The notes under the pieces: model-generated
The model's database searches: none
What the model saw: the letters and a program-made list of their open reading frames with translations, nothing else
What the model was told of the DNA's origin: nothing
Origin: an uncultured Spirochaetota bacterium
GTDB taxonomy: Bacteria > Spirochaetota > Brevinematia > Brevinematales > JAOACQ01
Reading direction: 5' to 3'
NCBI GenBank assembly: GCA_963835575.1
Contig: CAWIGG010000002.1
Location: 1,024,001 to 1,088,000 of the forward strand
Length of the DNA stretch: 64,000 bases
Shown: piece after piece, positions 9,443 through 18,260 of the stretch
Layout: each line of letters opens with the position of its first letter
How positions within the stretch are numbered: the stretch's first letter is position 1
Position numbers and translations under genes: made by a program

Positions 9443-10594
9443 ATGCTTAAGCGACCGGTCCGATTATTTCTCATCATTATCCAGTTTCTTTTAATTTCCG
9501 CCCTGCAACTCCATGGTTTTCAGCTCAAACTTCTCAAAAGCTTCGAGAACTGGGGAATGCCGAAGTCGATCATGGCGTCCCCGAATGGGAAATACGCCGT
9601 TTCCATGAACCTGGAAGACTGCAGTATCTGGATTATGGATACACAAACACTTAAGATAAAACAGAAGGTCAATTTCAAGAAAACCGCGGCCAGGGGATGG
9701 AATTATGACAGAAAGGTTACGATCCCGTCCGTGGCCGAAAAGCCTGTGGAGTGCGATTTTACGGACAACGGCCGTTTTATCTGGCTGTCTTTCCATAACG
9801 GCTCCTCCGTCGTCGTCTACGACACGGAAATGGATACGATGAAGAAGGACATGGCGCAGGAGCTCGCGGCCAAGTTCGGTTATGAGCTTCAGGAAGCGCA
9901 GGTGGAGGACCTGGAAAATAACACGAAAACCACCGTTTACCTTCCGAAAATAAAAGTCGGCAAAACGCCCAAGACCGTCAGGCCTACGGCAGATGGAACC
10001 AAAATCCTGGTCTCCAACTGGCACGGCAGCTCCGTCTCCGTGATCGACAGGAAGCTCATGAAAACCATAAAAGAAGTCAAACTCGGCGGCGGGCATTATA
10101 TTCCCCGCGGTTTGATCATTACGTCGGACTCAAAGACCGCCTATATCGGCGAAATGAGCGGAGATGCCATTACGGAAGTCGATCTGGATACTTATAAAAT
10201 AACAGGGGATTATCCCATCACCGGCTGTCCCGGCTACCTCGTGATCACAAAGGACGATAATTACATTTACTACACGACAAATGAGCCGGATGAAAAGGGA
10301 GCAATCATGATCGCCAAGGTCTGGAAATGGAACACGAAGACCAAAAAGAACGAGGCTTTTGTCCGTGTCGGGCTTCAGGCACGGACCCTTGCCATCACGC
10401 CGGACAATAAATACCTGATCGACGGCGCACAGCATTCCGGCGAGCTCTATGTCCTTGACGCGGATACTCTCAAGATCGTCGCAAAATATCTCTTCGCGCG
10501 GCCGGTGGGCCTGTCTGTCACGCCGGACGGGACACAGCTCTGGGTGTCGAGCTACGGCGGGGGGTATCTGCGGGTGTATCAGATTATAGAATAG
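9443..10594 (+). CDS. Secreted YncE/YVTN-type beta-propeller protein
   Basis: Signal peptide; repeated SPNGKY, TADGTKILVSN, TPDNKY, TPDGTQLWVS blades. Confidence 0.85.
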   Translation: MLKRPVRLFLIIIQFLLISALQLHGFQLKLLKSFENWGMPKSIMASPNGKYAVSMNLEDCSIWIMDTQTLKIKQKVNFKKTAARGWNYDRKVTIPSVAEKPVECDFTDNGRFIWLSFHNGSSVVVYDTEMDTMKKDMAQELAAKFGYELQEAQVEDLENNTKTTVYLPKIKVGKTPKTVRPTADGTKILVSNWHGSSVSVIDRKLMKTIKEVKLGGGHYIPRGLIITSDSKTAYIGEMSGDAITEVDLDTYKITGDYPITGCPGYLVITKDDNYIYYTTNEPDEKGAIMIAKVWKWNTKTKKNEAFVRVGLQARTLAITPDNKYLIDGAQHSGELYVLDADTLKIVAKYLFARPVGLSVTPDGTQLWVSSYGGGYLRVYQIIE

Positions 10595-10603
10595 CTGATT
10601 AAC

Positions 10604-10665
10604 TGATAGGAAAAATTATAATTCCCACCGGCTGCAATTCTACCCCTCGGAAGAAAAAACCGCAA
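10604..10665 (+). repeat. 62-bp dispersed direct repeat, copy 1
   Basis: About 56/62 identical to 12777-12838. Confidence 0.85.
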
Positions 10666-11052
10666 CGGGAAATATCATTCCATATTTTTGAAATAACCAG
10701 CGTTATTACTTAAAATGAGGTGTTGATTATTAATTGGACCATCATTATGGCAGTTCTATTGAGAAAATTGAACAAATATTATTTTCTTGTTCGTTTTGTT
10801 TTTTTATTGGCGCAGAACCAGTTAATAAATATGGCTCATAATGATTATGGATATGCTTCATTAACTTACGGAATAGGGAACCAGAATTAAACTATTCGGG
10901 ATATGTTCAAATATTTTTCATGGTATTATCATAATTAGAAAGGCAGGGTATTATATTTCTTTATTGAAATAATCATTCTGAAAGACGGCTTTTTTTTATT
11001 CCGCATATTACAGCCGGCCGTATTGATACTTATCATGCTTTAAGGGGGCAAT

Positions 11053-12615
11053 ATGAAGACAAAATCTTTTATTGGTATCATCATTAACCTGTTTGTTTTA
11101 CTGGCGCTGTTATCCTGCGGGCAGAAAGCGGCGTTGAAGGGAGAGAAACCGCAGGAAGAAGCGGTCACTATTGAAACAAACCAGATTTTTACCACCGAAG
11201 ACACCGTGGAAAGTTCGAATAGAATGAAGGTCCTAATACTGCCTCTTATTGACCGGTCGGACCATACAAAATATCCAAACGCGAAAATCGTTAACACCAT
11301 TTTGATGAATGAATTATACGCTTTTCTTTACATTGAGCCTTCCTTCGCCGTACCTGAAAAAACAACCCTGACCGAGATGGATTCCTCTTTTTTGTATCAA
11401 AAGAATCTGGATCCGAAGGAAATCTACAACCAATATCAGGCTGATATTGTGATTTACGGCGATTACAGCCTGATGGGCATTAAATCCGACCCCCAGGCTC
11501 AAATCCATCTCAATATCTGGCAGAAACCGACGGGAAAGATTGTCACCAACCTCTATAAAACTCCAATTGACACCGATATTTTTGATACGATTGAAACAAT
11601 GCTTTCTCAAATCATCAATACCACGCTGGATGAGGATATCAAAATCGCCTTTCTGAATTTCGGGAATATAAAAGTCGGGAACGGCGCTTATTCCCTGATT
11701 ATTAATAATAAAATGGCTGCGAAAATTACCAACGACAACTTCGCGATGAATCTGAAAATCGTGCCGAACGCTGTTTATATGGTCAAGTTAAGAAATTTAT
11801 CCGATAACAAAATAGTATTAAACACACCGGTTATAGTCAAACCGGGAGAATCGACCAATATCAGCTATTCCGCCCTGGGAAATATCATATGCACTATGCG
11901 GAAAAAAATACCCGGTGAAGACTATCAAATTTTTCTGGACGGTAAAAAAATACTACTGAATGAAGTACTTTCCAACATCCCTGCTGGGAGGGAATATTCT
12001 GTCAAAGTGGTTGATAGCCATGAAAATGAATATACTGAAAAATATTATTTATCCGACGGACAATTCAAGAATCTGATTTTACCTCAAAAGAAAATGTTAT
12101 TGTTTGATATAACCAATGAAAAAATTACTTCTTATTCTGTATACCATGGCCTTCGCAGCAAAGTAGAAATAAACACTAATAGGAATGAAATAACAGAAGG
12201 AAGAAATTCTTTTTCCGCGGATTTTAACGATCCTTATGACAACGTAAATAATGCGTATGCCGGTATTCAGGTGCATCTTAATTACGACAAAATGGACTGG
12301 ACCGGTATGGATACCTTTAAAATATGGATTTTCGGCAGGAAGACGGACATATCCTATTTTATGACTCTAGTTGATAAATGGGAAGAGCAGTTTATATACT
12401 GGTTTACTGATGACTGGAAAGGCTGGAAACAGATAACTATACCCCTCGATCATTTTTGGTTTCGCACCAGGTATCAGTCTTCTACTGCGAAAATAAATAA
12501 TAAAATTGATTATCCTCTGTCGGCTTTAGAATTTCAAATGAACTTATGGGATAGAAGTACCAGCGTTGGGGTTTTCAGATTGACTATCGGTGAAATGGAA
12601 GTCACCAGGGAATGA
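11053..12615 (+). CDS. Lipoprotein with C-terminal CBM11/CIA30-like carbohydrate-binding domain
   Basis: LLSC lipobox; C-terminal DWTGMDTFKIW...DDWKGWKQITIPLDHF. Confidence 0.7.
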   Translation: MKTKSFIGIIINLFVLLALLSCGQKAALKGEKPQEEAVTIETNQIFTTEDTVESSNRMKVLILPLIDRSDHTKYPNAKIVNTILMNELYAFLYIEPSFAVPEKTTLTEMDSSFLYQKNLDPKEIYNQYQADIVIYGDYSLMGIKSDPQAQIHLNIWQKPTGKIVTNLYKTPIDTDIFDTIETMLSQIINTTLDEDIKIAFLNFGNIKVGNGAYSLIINNKMAAKITNDNFAMNLKIVPNAVYMVKLRNLSDNKIVLNTPVIVKPGESTNISYSALGNIICTMRKKIPGEDYQIFLDGKKILLNEVLSNIPAGREYSVKVVDSHENEYTEKYYLSDGQFKNLILPQKKMLLFDITNEKITSYSVYHGLRSKVEINTNRNEITEGRNSFSADFNDPYDNVNNAYAGIQVHLNYDKMDWTGMDTFKIWIFGRKTDISYFMTLVDKWEEQFIYWFTDDWKGWKQITIPLDHFWFRTRYQSSTAKINNKIDYPLSALEFQMNLWDRSTSVGVFRLTIGEMEVTRE

Positions 12616-12657
12616 ATTTGTACGCTTTACCATTATAATCAGCAAGGAAAATTTTAT

Positions 12658-12776
12658 ATGCTTTTTTCTGCACTTAAAGGCCGGGTTTCCGGAACCATGA
12701 CGGTAGTTGCGACCGCTTTTCTCTGGAGCATAGCCGGCCTTTTTATCAAGATGATAGATTGGAACCCCTTTGAGAG
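12658..12776 (+). pseudogene. Truncated DMT/EamA-family transporter N-terminus
   Basis: ATAFLWSIAGLFIKMIDWNPF resembles EamA TM1; similarity ends where the 62-bp repeat begins. Confidence 0.6.
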
Positions 12777-12838
12777 TGATAGGAAAAATAATAATTCCCA
12801 CCGGCTACTATTCAATCCCTTGGAAGAAAAAACCGCAA
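12777..12838 (+). repeat. 62-bp dispersed direct repeat, copy 2
   Basis: TGATAGGAAAAATAATAATTCCCACCGG...GGAAGAAAAAACCGCAA. Confidence 0.85.
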
Positions 12839-12854
12839 ATATACATCGAATGAA

Positions 12855-13143
12855 TTGAAAGACTATTTATCTAAAACAAGTCCAAATATTATCAGAAGTA
12901 TGAGTAGAAAGGATAATTGCTGGGATAATGCAGCCGCTGAGTCATTTTTTAAGACGCTAAAACAGGAATTATATAAGTTAAGGGATAATGTCAATTTTGA
13001 AGAGTTGAAATACATGCTTTTTAAATATATTGATGGATATTATTATACTCAGTGTAAGCAGTCATCATTAAGTTATAAAACACCGTTGGCGTTAAGACAG
13101 GCCATGGCTATTTAGCCTGTCCACAAAATAGGGTAAGTCCGCA
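12855..13143 (+). mobile_element. IS3-family remnant (integrase C-terminal fragment plus right inverted repeat)
   Basis: SMSRKDNCWDNAAAESFFKTLKQE motif; end CTGTCCACAAAATAGGGTAAGTCCGCA resembles an IS3 IRR ending in CA. Confidence 0.85.
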
Positions 13144-13388
13144 CCTCCTTTTCTTTGATTTGCTTTTTCCACATATTTCTTATCACAAATTAACAAAACT
13201 TTTTTTATTTCTGGGTTAATAACCATTTGTTCCATAAAAGCAATTGCATAATTTCCTTCTATTAAATCCCATTTATCCAATATTACATTTACACCAGATC
13301 CTACCAATTCAGAAGCTAATTGAATTACCCATTTTTGATGATCATCTGAAGTCCAAGAATATGAAATAAACACTTTCGGATTTTCCAG
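13144..13388 (-). pseudogene. Truncated SEFIR/TIR-domain gene
   Basis: ENPKVFISYSW..H..WV..LA..L...GV.VILDKWDL..G...Y..KA..RKGG, cut by the IS3 end; expected start reads CTG after an AAGGA RBS. Confidence 0.8.
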
Positions 13389-13540
13389 ATAATTTCCTTT
13401 TACATTTAAGAATAAAGTATAATCGCTTTATTTTAATAAACATAAATATAAGTGTCAATATAAGAACTTCATGCTCACGCACCCTCTGCGTCTCAGTGGT
13501 GAAATAGATATTTTTACTAACAAACTGTCATAAATAAAAA

Positions 13541-13620
13541 TAAATCCTCAAAAACTTGTGGTGAGCCTGCCGAATCCATCCGCCTCATCCGTGAAAATCC
13601 GTGTGAACAATCGGCTATTA
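13541..13620 (+). repeat. Dispersed composite repeat copy
   Basis: Closely matches 63849-63929; related to the reverse complement of 56725-56806. Confidence 0.85.
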
Positions 13621-13623
13621 CAA

Positions 13624-13655
13624 GAAAAGCCCGGCTCTTTCGAACCGGGCTCTTC
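13624..13655 (-). terminator. Rho-independent terminator of the 13674-14855 gene
   Basis: Minus strand GAGCCCGGTT-cgaaag-AGCCGGGCTT followed by TTCTT. Confidence 0.7.
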
Positions 13656-13673
13656 AATGAAATTATGTTGAGA

Positions 13674-14855
13674 TCAATAATGGTTGACAGCAGTTGCGCT
13701 GATGTATAGCACATCATCCGCCGTGCCCCAGATTCCGTCAGGACCGGCATTGGTGTAATCGTATTCTTTCGTAAACCAGTAAGTGCTGACAGGGTCGTTG
13801 AATTCATGTCTGGCGTACAGCATGACATGATCGTCGGCGGTAAACCAGATATGATCGGGGCCGGCTCCGTCATAGATCTTCAGAGTCGACCAGCTCCAAT
13901 GCAGAGGAATGATTTTGTCTGCCGAAAAGGTTTCTATGTAATAACTTGCCGCGTTCGGCTGCAGGGTGTCGTTATACATTCCCAGGAACATATTAGTGAC
14001 ATTAGGCTCGGGTATCTGGTCATCGCCTGTGAACCAGACTCCGTCAGGTCCCGGACTGACATAGCACACTCTTTTTATCTCATTTCCGGCGCTGTCGTAA
14101 GTATCATGATAATAAGAGGAAATAGTGTTGTCGCTGTAATAATAGACGACTTCGTTAGTTCCGTACAGCTGGTAGGTTGTCAAAGCATCGTCGGCAGTCA
14201 GCCAGTTGCCGTCAGGGCCGGGATCGCCCACCCAATGGCCGCCGCCGAGTGGTGAGCCGTCAGCATAGTATCCGTTTATGTTCCCGGACTGATTATATTG
14301 AAAATGCCCGAAGTATCCGGTTACTCCCGTGAAGTTTGTCCACAGATCACTTGCTGCTAATGTTCCATCCGCATTGTAGTATTTGATCAGCCTGCAGGCA
14401 GGCATGGGCAGGGAAGGAGCGGATGAATTACTTCCGTTGTTTACTGAGATGGATACGCTGCCCCCCAGCATGACATTGATAGTGTAATTATACCCCGCAG
14501 CCAGTGTGAACATAACGCTGGATGTGTTGGTTATGCCGGAAGCGTCCCAGTCATGAACGGTAAAAGCATATTGACCGGTGCTTAACCCCTGGAAAGTGAA
14601 GACGGACGGTTCCCCTTGAAACCAGTTTGTGGAATAAACACTCGAACCGTTAACCAGCGTCATTTCCGCACCGGTAACGGCGTTCGAACTGACCGTTATC
14701 GAGCTTTTAGCTCCCGCCCCCTGCAGATTAACCGTTAAAGAAGCTGTACCTGTATTTCCCAGCCCCAGGTCCCGGGCCTCATTTTGTGGCTGTACGGAGC
14801 ACCCGGCAGCCAGCAAGACAATTGCCGCAAAAGAAAGAAACAAAAGTTTTCTCAT
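13674..14855 (-). CDS. Lipoprotein with four GPDGxWxTxDD repeats
   Basis: LAAGC lipobox; GPDGNWLTADD, GPDGVWFTGDD, GPDHIWFTADD, GPDGIWGTADD. Confidence 0.8.
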   Translation of the reverse strand: MRKLLFLSFAAIVLLAAGCSVQPQNEARDLGLGNTGTASLTVNLQGAGAKSSITVSSNAVTGAEMTLVNGSSVYSTNWFQGEPSVFTFQGLSTGQYAFTVHDWDASGITNTSSVMFTLAAGYNYTINVMLGGSVSISVNNGSNSSAPSLPMPACRLIKYYNADGTLAASDLWTNFTGVTGYFGHFQYNQSGNINGYYADGSPLGGGHWVGDPGPDGNWLTADDALTTYQLYGTNEVVYYYSDNTISSYYHDTYDSAGNEIKRVCYVSPGPDGVWFTGDDQIPEPNVTNMFLGMYNDTLQPNAASYYIETFSADKIIPLHWSWSTLKIYDGAGPDHIWFTADDHVMLYARHEFNDPVSTYWFTKEYDYTNAGPDGIWGTADDVLYISATAVNHY

Positions 14856-14920
14856 GAGAATTCCTCCTTATATAAAATATCTTTTGAAAATTAGTTGATA
14901 ATTCCGTTTTTTAATCTATA

Positions 14921-14980
14921 GGGCAGTTCCAAAACCTGTTTTGGAAACATCTTATCGATTTTAAGATTTTGGAACTGCTC
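14921..14980. repeat. 60-bp inverted-repeat element
   Basis: GGGCAGTTCCAAAA ... TTTTGGAACTGCTC, flanked by TA. Confidence 0.7.
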
Positions 14981-15145
14981 TATTTATAATACGATCCTAT
15001 CATCTTATTTTTGAAAATTTTTAAAAATAAATTTTAATCGAAAAAAATGGATGAAATGCTTATTTCTTTGCAAAGATCCCGAAAAGGAAAATTATTACTT
15101 GGCACTGTCTTAATCCCCGCAAAAGAGTTTGCCCCGCTTAACGAA

Positions 15146-15179
15146 AAAGGCGGCGAGAGATTTATCTCCCGCCGCCTTT
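15146..15179 (-). terminator. Rho-independent terminator of hppA
   Basis: AAAGGCGGCGaGAGAT-tt-ATCTCcCGCCGCCTTT hairpin with a T-run on the minus strand. Confidence 0.75.
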
Positions 15180-15200
15180 GTATTGTCAATAATGACTTGC

Positions 15201-17630
15201 TTAGCTTTTCTTGGGGATTCTCATGGCATAGAACGACCGCCACACGAAAACGAGCGCAACCAGAAGGAAGAAAGCCCCGACATAGGGAGCCGTCTTAGCA
15301 AAGCTCGGAACAATGGCGATTTCCATGGCCAGGAGTCCGAATAATGTGGTGAACTTGATGATCGGGTTGAGAGACACCGAAGAAGTGTCCTTAAAGGGAT
15401 CGCCCACTGTGTCGCCGATGACTGTCGCGTTATGGAGCGGAGTGCCTTTTTCATTAAGGTCGACTTCCACGAATTTCTTGGCATTGTCCCAGCACCCGCC
15501 GGCGTTGGCCATAAAGATGGCCTGGAACAGACCGAAAACCGCGATCGAGATCAGGTAGCTCACAAAAAAGGAAGCGGCATTCGGGTTTGTTTTATCAGAA
15601 GCCGAGAAGCATGCGAACGCGAGAGCAAAGGAAAAGATCGCAATAAAGATATTGATCATTCCCTGCTGGGCATACTGCGTGCAGATCTTAACAACTTCTT
15701 TCGAGTTGGCTATAGAGGCGCTCTTTGAGCCGCCTGTCAGCTTGATGTTCTTTTTAATATATTCAACAGCCCTGTATGAACCGGTTGTAACGGCCTGCAT
15801 GGAAGCGCCGGTGAACCAGAAGATCACGATGCCGCCGCAAATGAAGCCCAGGATCGTGAAGGGGTTCAGAATGCTTAATATAGTTGCAATATTGCCGTCT
15901 CCAGCAGGATAAAAAGATTTCTGCAGTAAAAGAATGATTGAGAAGATCATTGTGGAAGCCCCGATGACGGCTGTGCCGATCAAAACGGGTTTTGCCGTCG
16001 CCTTAAATGTGTTGCCTGCCCCATCATTGGCTTCAAGATAATGTTTTGCCTTTTTAAAGTCAGGCTTGAAGTTGAAGTCCTTTTCAATCTGTTTTGCAAC
16101 GCCGGGTGTGGATTCGATCAAGGACAGTTCATAAATGGACTGGGCGTTGTCTGTCACGGGGCCGTAGCTATCCACAGCAATTGTAACAGGGCCCATTCCC
16201 AGAAGACCGAAAGCCACAAGGCCGAATGCGAACACAGATGAATAACCCATAATTTCCGGCGGAATATTGATGCTGGCGATATATGCAATGAACATCAGGC
16301 CGGCAATAACCAGGCCGATCCAGAAAGCGCTGAAGTTCCCGGCGACAAGTCCTGAAAGGATTGTCAGGGACGCTCCGCCTTCCCTGGAAGCTGTGACGAC
16401 TTCTTTGACGTGCTTTGATTTGGTGCTTGTAAAGATCTTTGTAAATTCAGGGATCAAAGCCGCTCCAAGAGTGCCGCAGCTGATGATGATGGAAAGGACC
16501 AGCCAGAGATTATTTGGTAAAGACGAAAGCTGCCAGTAGCTGACTGAGAACGTGACAAGTATGGAAAGGATTGAAGTGATCCAGACCAGTGATGTAAGAG
16601 GTTTCTCGAAATCGATGTCGTCCTTTCCTTTATATATGAGGCTTGAGAAAAATTTATTGATCCAGTAAGCTACGATGGATGTGATGATCATCAGAACACG
16701 CATAATGAAGATCCAGATGAGGAGCGTGATCTGATAACCCGGCAGAACGGCAAGGACAATAAATGTGATCAAAGCCACGCCGGTCACGCCGTATGTTTCA
16801 AAACCGTCGGCGGTCGGGCCTACGCTGTCGCCGGCGTTATCACCGGTACAGTCGGCGATCACTCCGGGGTTCCTGGGATCGTCTTCCTTGATCTTGAATA
16901 CGATTTTCATCAAATCGGAGCCGATGTCGGCGATCTTGGTAAAGATACCGCCGCAGATACGGAGTGCGCTCGCGCCCAGCGATTCACCGATGGCAAAACC
17001 GATAAAGCATGCTCCGGCATATTCCCTGGGAATGAAAAGCAATATGATCAGCATCATAATAAGCTCTACTGATACAAGAAGAACGCCGATGCTCATACCG
17101 GACTGCAGAGGGATATTCAGCAGTTTGATCGGCTTTTTTTCAAGAGAAGCAAAAGCCATGCGGCTGTTGGCCAGAGTGTTGATCCGGATGCCGAACCAGG
17201 CCACGCCGTACGAACCGAGAATACCGACTACGGACCATGCTAAAATCAGGAGAACGCCTCCGAAGGGGTTTCCCTGAAGGAATCCGAAATAAAATCCGAT
17301 ACATGCGGCGATAAACACCTCGAGAATGATCAGGAATTTGCCCTGCTGTATCAGATAGGTCTTCGCGGTCTCAAAAATTGTCTCCGCGACGGCCAGCATA
17401 GATTTGTGAGCTTTCAAGCTCTTTACGCGAAGGTACTGATAAACCCCGAACACCAGACCGAGGACGCAGACAGCCATACCCAGTATCAATAAAATATAAT
17501 TGGGGTTGGAGCTGAGATCGGGAATTTTCAGGGTCGCTTCGCTTGCCATAAGCGGAGAAGCAAGGGTGAGCAGAAGCACAGCTAACGGCAGAGTCTTAAA
17601 CAGACTTTTGAATTTCGATTTGAAATCCAT
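15201..17630 (-). CDS. hppA: Membrane-bound ion-translocating pyrophosphatase (divergent clade)
   Basis: GGIFTKIADIGSDLMK, EDDPRNPGVIADCTGDNAGD, DSYGPVTDNA, GAGNTFKA, GGCWDNAKK, GDTVGDPFKDT. Confidence 0.95.
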   Translation of the reverse strand: MDFKSKFKSLFKTLPLAVLLLTLASPLMASEATLKIPDLSSNPNYILLILGMAVCVLGLVFGVYQYLRVKSLKAHKSMLAVAETIFETAKTYLIQQGKFLIILEVFIAACIGFYFGFLQGNPFGGVLLILAWSVVGILGSYGVAWFGIRINTLANSRMAFASLEKKPIKLLNIPLQSGMSIGVLLVSVELIMMLIILLFIPREYAGACFIGFAIGESLGASALRICGGIFTKIADIGSDLMKIVFKIKEDDPRNPGVIADCTGDNAGDSVGPTADGFETYGVTGVALITFIVLAVLPGYQITLLIWIFIMRVLMIITSIVAYWINKFFSSLIYKGKDDIDFEKPLTSLVWITSILSILVTFSVSYWQLSSLPNNLWLVLSIIISCGTLGAALIPEFTKIFTSTKSKHVKEVVTASREGGASLTILSGLVAGNFSAFWIGLVIAGLMFIAYIASINIPPEIMGYSSVFAFGLVAFGLLGMGPVTIAVDSYGPVTDNAQSIYELSLIESTPGVAKQIEKDFNFKPDFKKAKHYLEANDGAGNTFKATAKPVLIGTAVIGASTMIFSIILLLQKSFYPAGDGNIATILSILNPFTILGFICGGIVIFWFTGASMQAVTTGSYRAVEYIKKNIKLTGGSKSASIANSKEVVKICTQYAQQGMINIFIAIFSFALAFACFSASDKTNPNAASFFVSYLISIAVFGLFQAIFMANAGGCWDNAKKFVEVDLNEKGTPLHNATVIGDTVGDPFKDTSSVSLNPIIKFTTLFGLLAMEIAIVPSFAKTAPYVGAFFLLVALVFVWRSFYAMRIPKKS

Positions 17631-17728
17631 TCTATTCCTCCAATAAAAATTATTTTGTATAGATATTTGTGATAATTATTTCAGGTAATGTTGTGTATTC
17701 ATTAATGATGGAGAAAATTAACCGGATT

Positions 17729-17757
17729 ATTCTATATCCTTTAATAAGTTATGTCAA
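17729..17757 (-). promoter_or_regulatory. Sigma70-type promoter for hppA
   Basis: Minus strand TTGACA-N17-TAGAAT. Confidence 0.75.
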
Positions 17758-17879
17758 GGAATGAAGCAGATGCTTAATTTCAATAATAGAAAAGGATTAT
17801 ATGATCGGAGAAAGATTGTTAAAAAAAATTAGCGGGTTAAAAATACAGATTTTTGTTTTTTTGAAGTGCTAAATACTAG

Positions 17880-18035
17880 AAGCCGTCATTGCGAGAATAC
17901 CGGTCATATACTGTGCCGATAATCCCCGTACGAAGCAATCTGTCAATTCTATACGGTTCCTTTGTTCGTAGACAGATTGCTTCGTACTATGAATAGTGGG
18001 CATAGTTTAAATCTTGTGACTCGCAATGACGGCTT
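17880..18035. repeat. 156-bp nested palindromic element (REP/RPE-like)
   Basis: AAGCCGTCATTGCGAG/CTCGCAATGACGGCTT outer arms and GTACGAAGCAATCTGTC/GACAGATTGCTTCGTAC inner arms, both perfect. Confidence 0.85.
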
Positions 18036-18140
18036 TTGTAATAAACTCATAAAAAAATAAAGGATTTTGTAAGCTCAGGGTTTCTTTCTTCCCGTCTTCC
18101 TGTGAAATTATTTCCTGATAAAACGGAAAACCTCATAAAT

Positions 18141-18169
18141 TTGACAAAAAATATGTTAATATTTATTCT
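18141..18169 (+). promoter_or_regulatory. Sigma70-type promoter of the hydrogenase operon
   Basis: TTGACA-N17-TATTCT. Confidence 0.7.
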
Positions 18170-18184
18170 TTATGATTAATTTTC

Positions 18185-18230
18185 AGGTCGGTATAGATGG
18201 GGATGGGCGCCTATTTATTCAACAGTGCCT
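18185..18230 (+). promoter_or_regulatory. Candidate Na+-I (DUF1646 motif) riboswitch aptamer
   Basis: AGGTCGGT-ATAGATGGG-GATGGGCG-CCTATTTAT-TCAACAGTGCCT: 9-bp inner stem, G-rich loop and AGGT/GCCT closing stem in the 5' UTR; resembles the consensus as I recall it. Confidence 0.65.
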
Positions 18231-18260
18231 ATTTCTTTAGCATAAGGAGAAATATAAGAG

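Noticed and set aside
10715..10890. Possible small ORF or gene relic after a GAGG motif
   Set aside because: Short, AT-rich and without recognisable similarity
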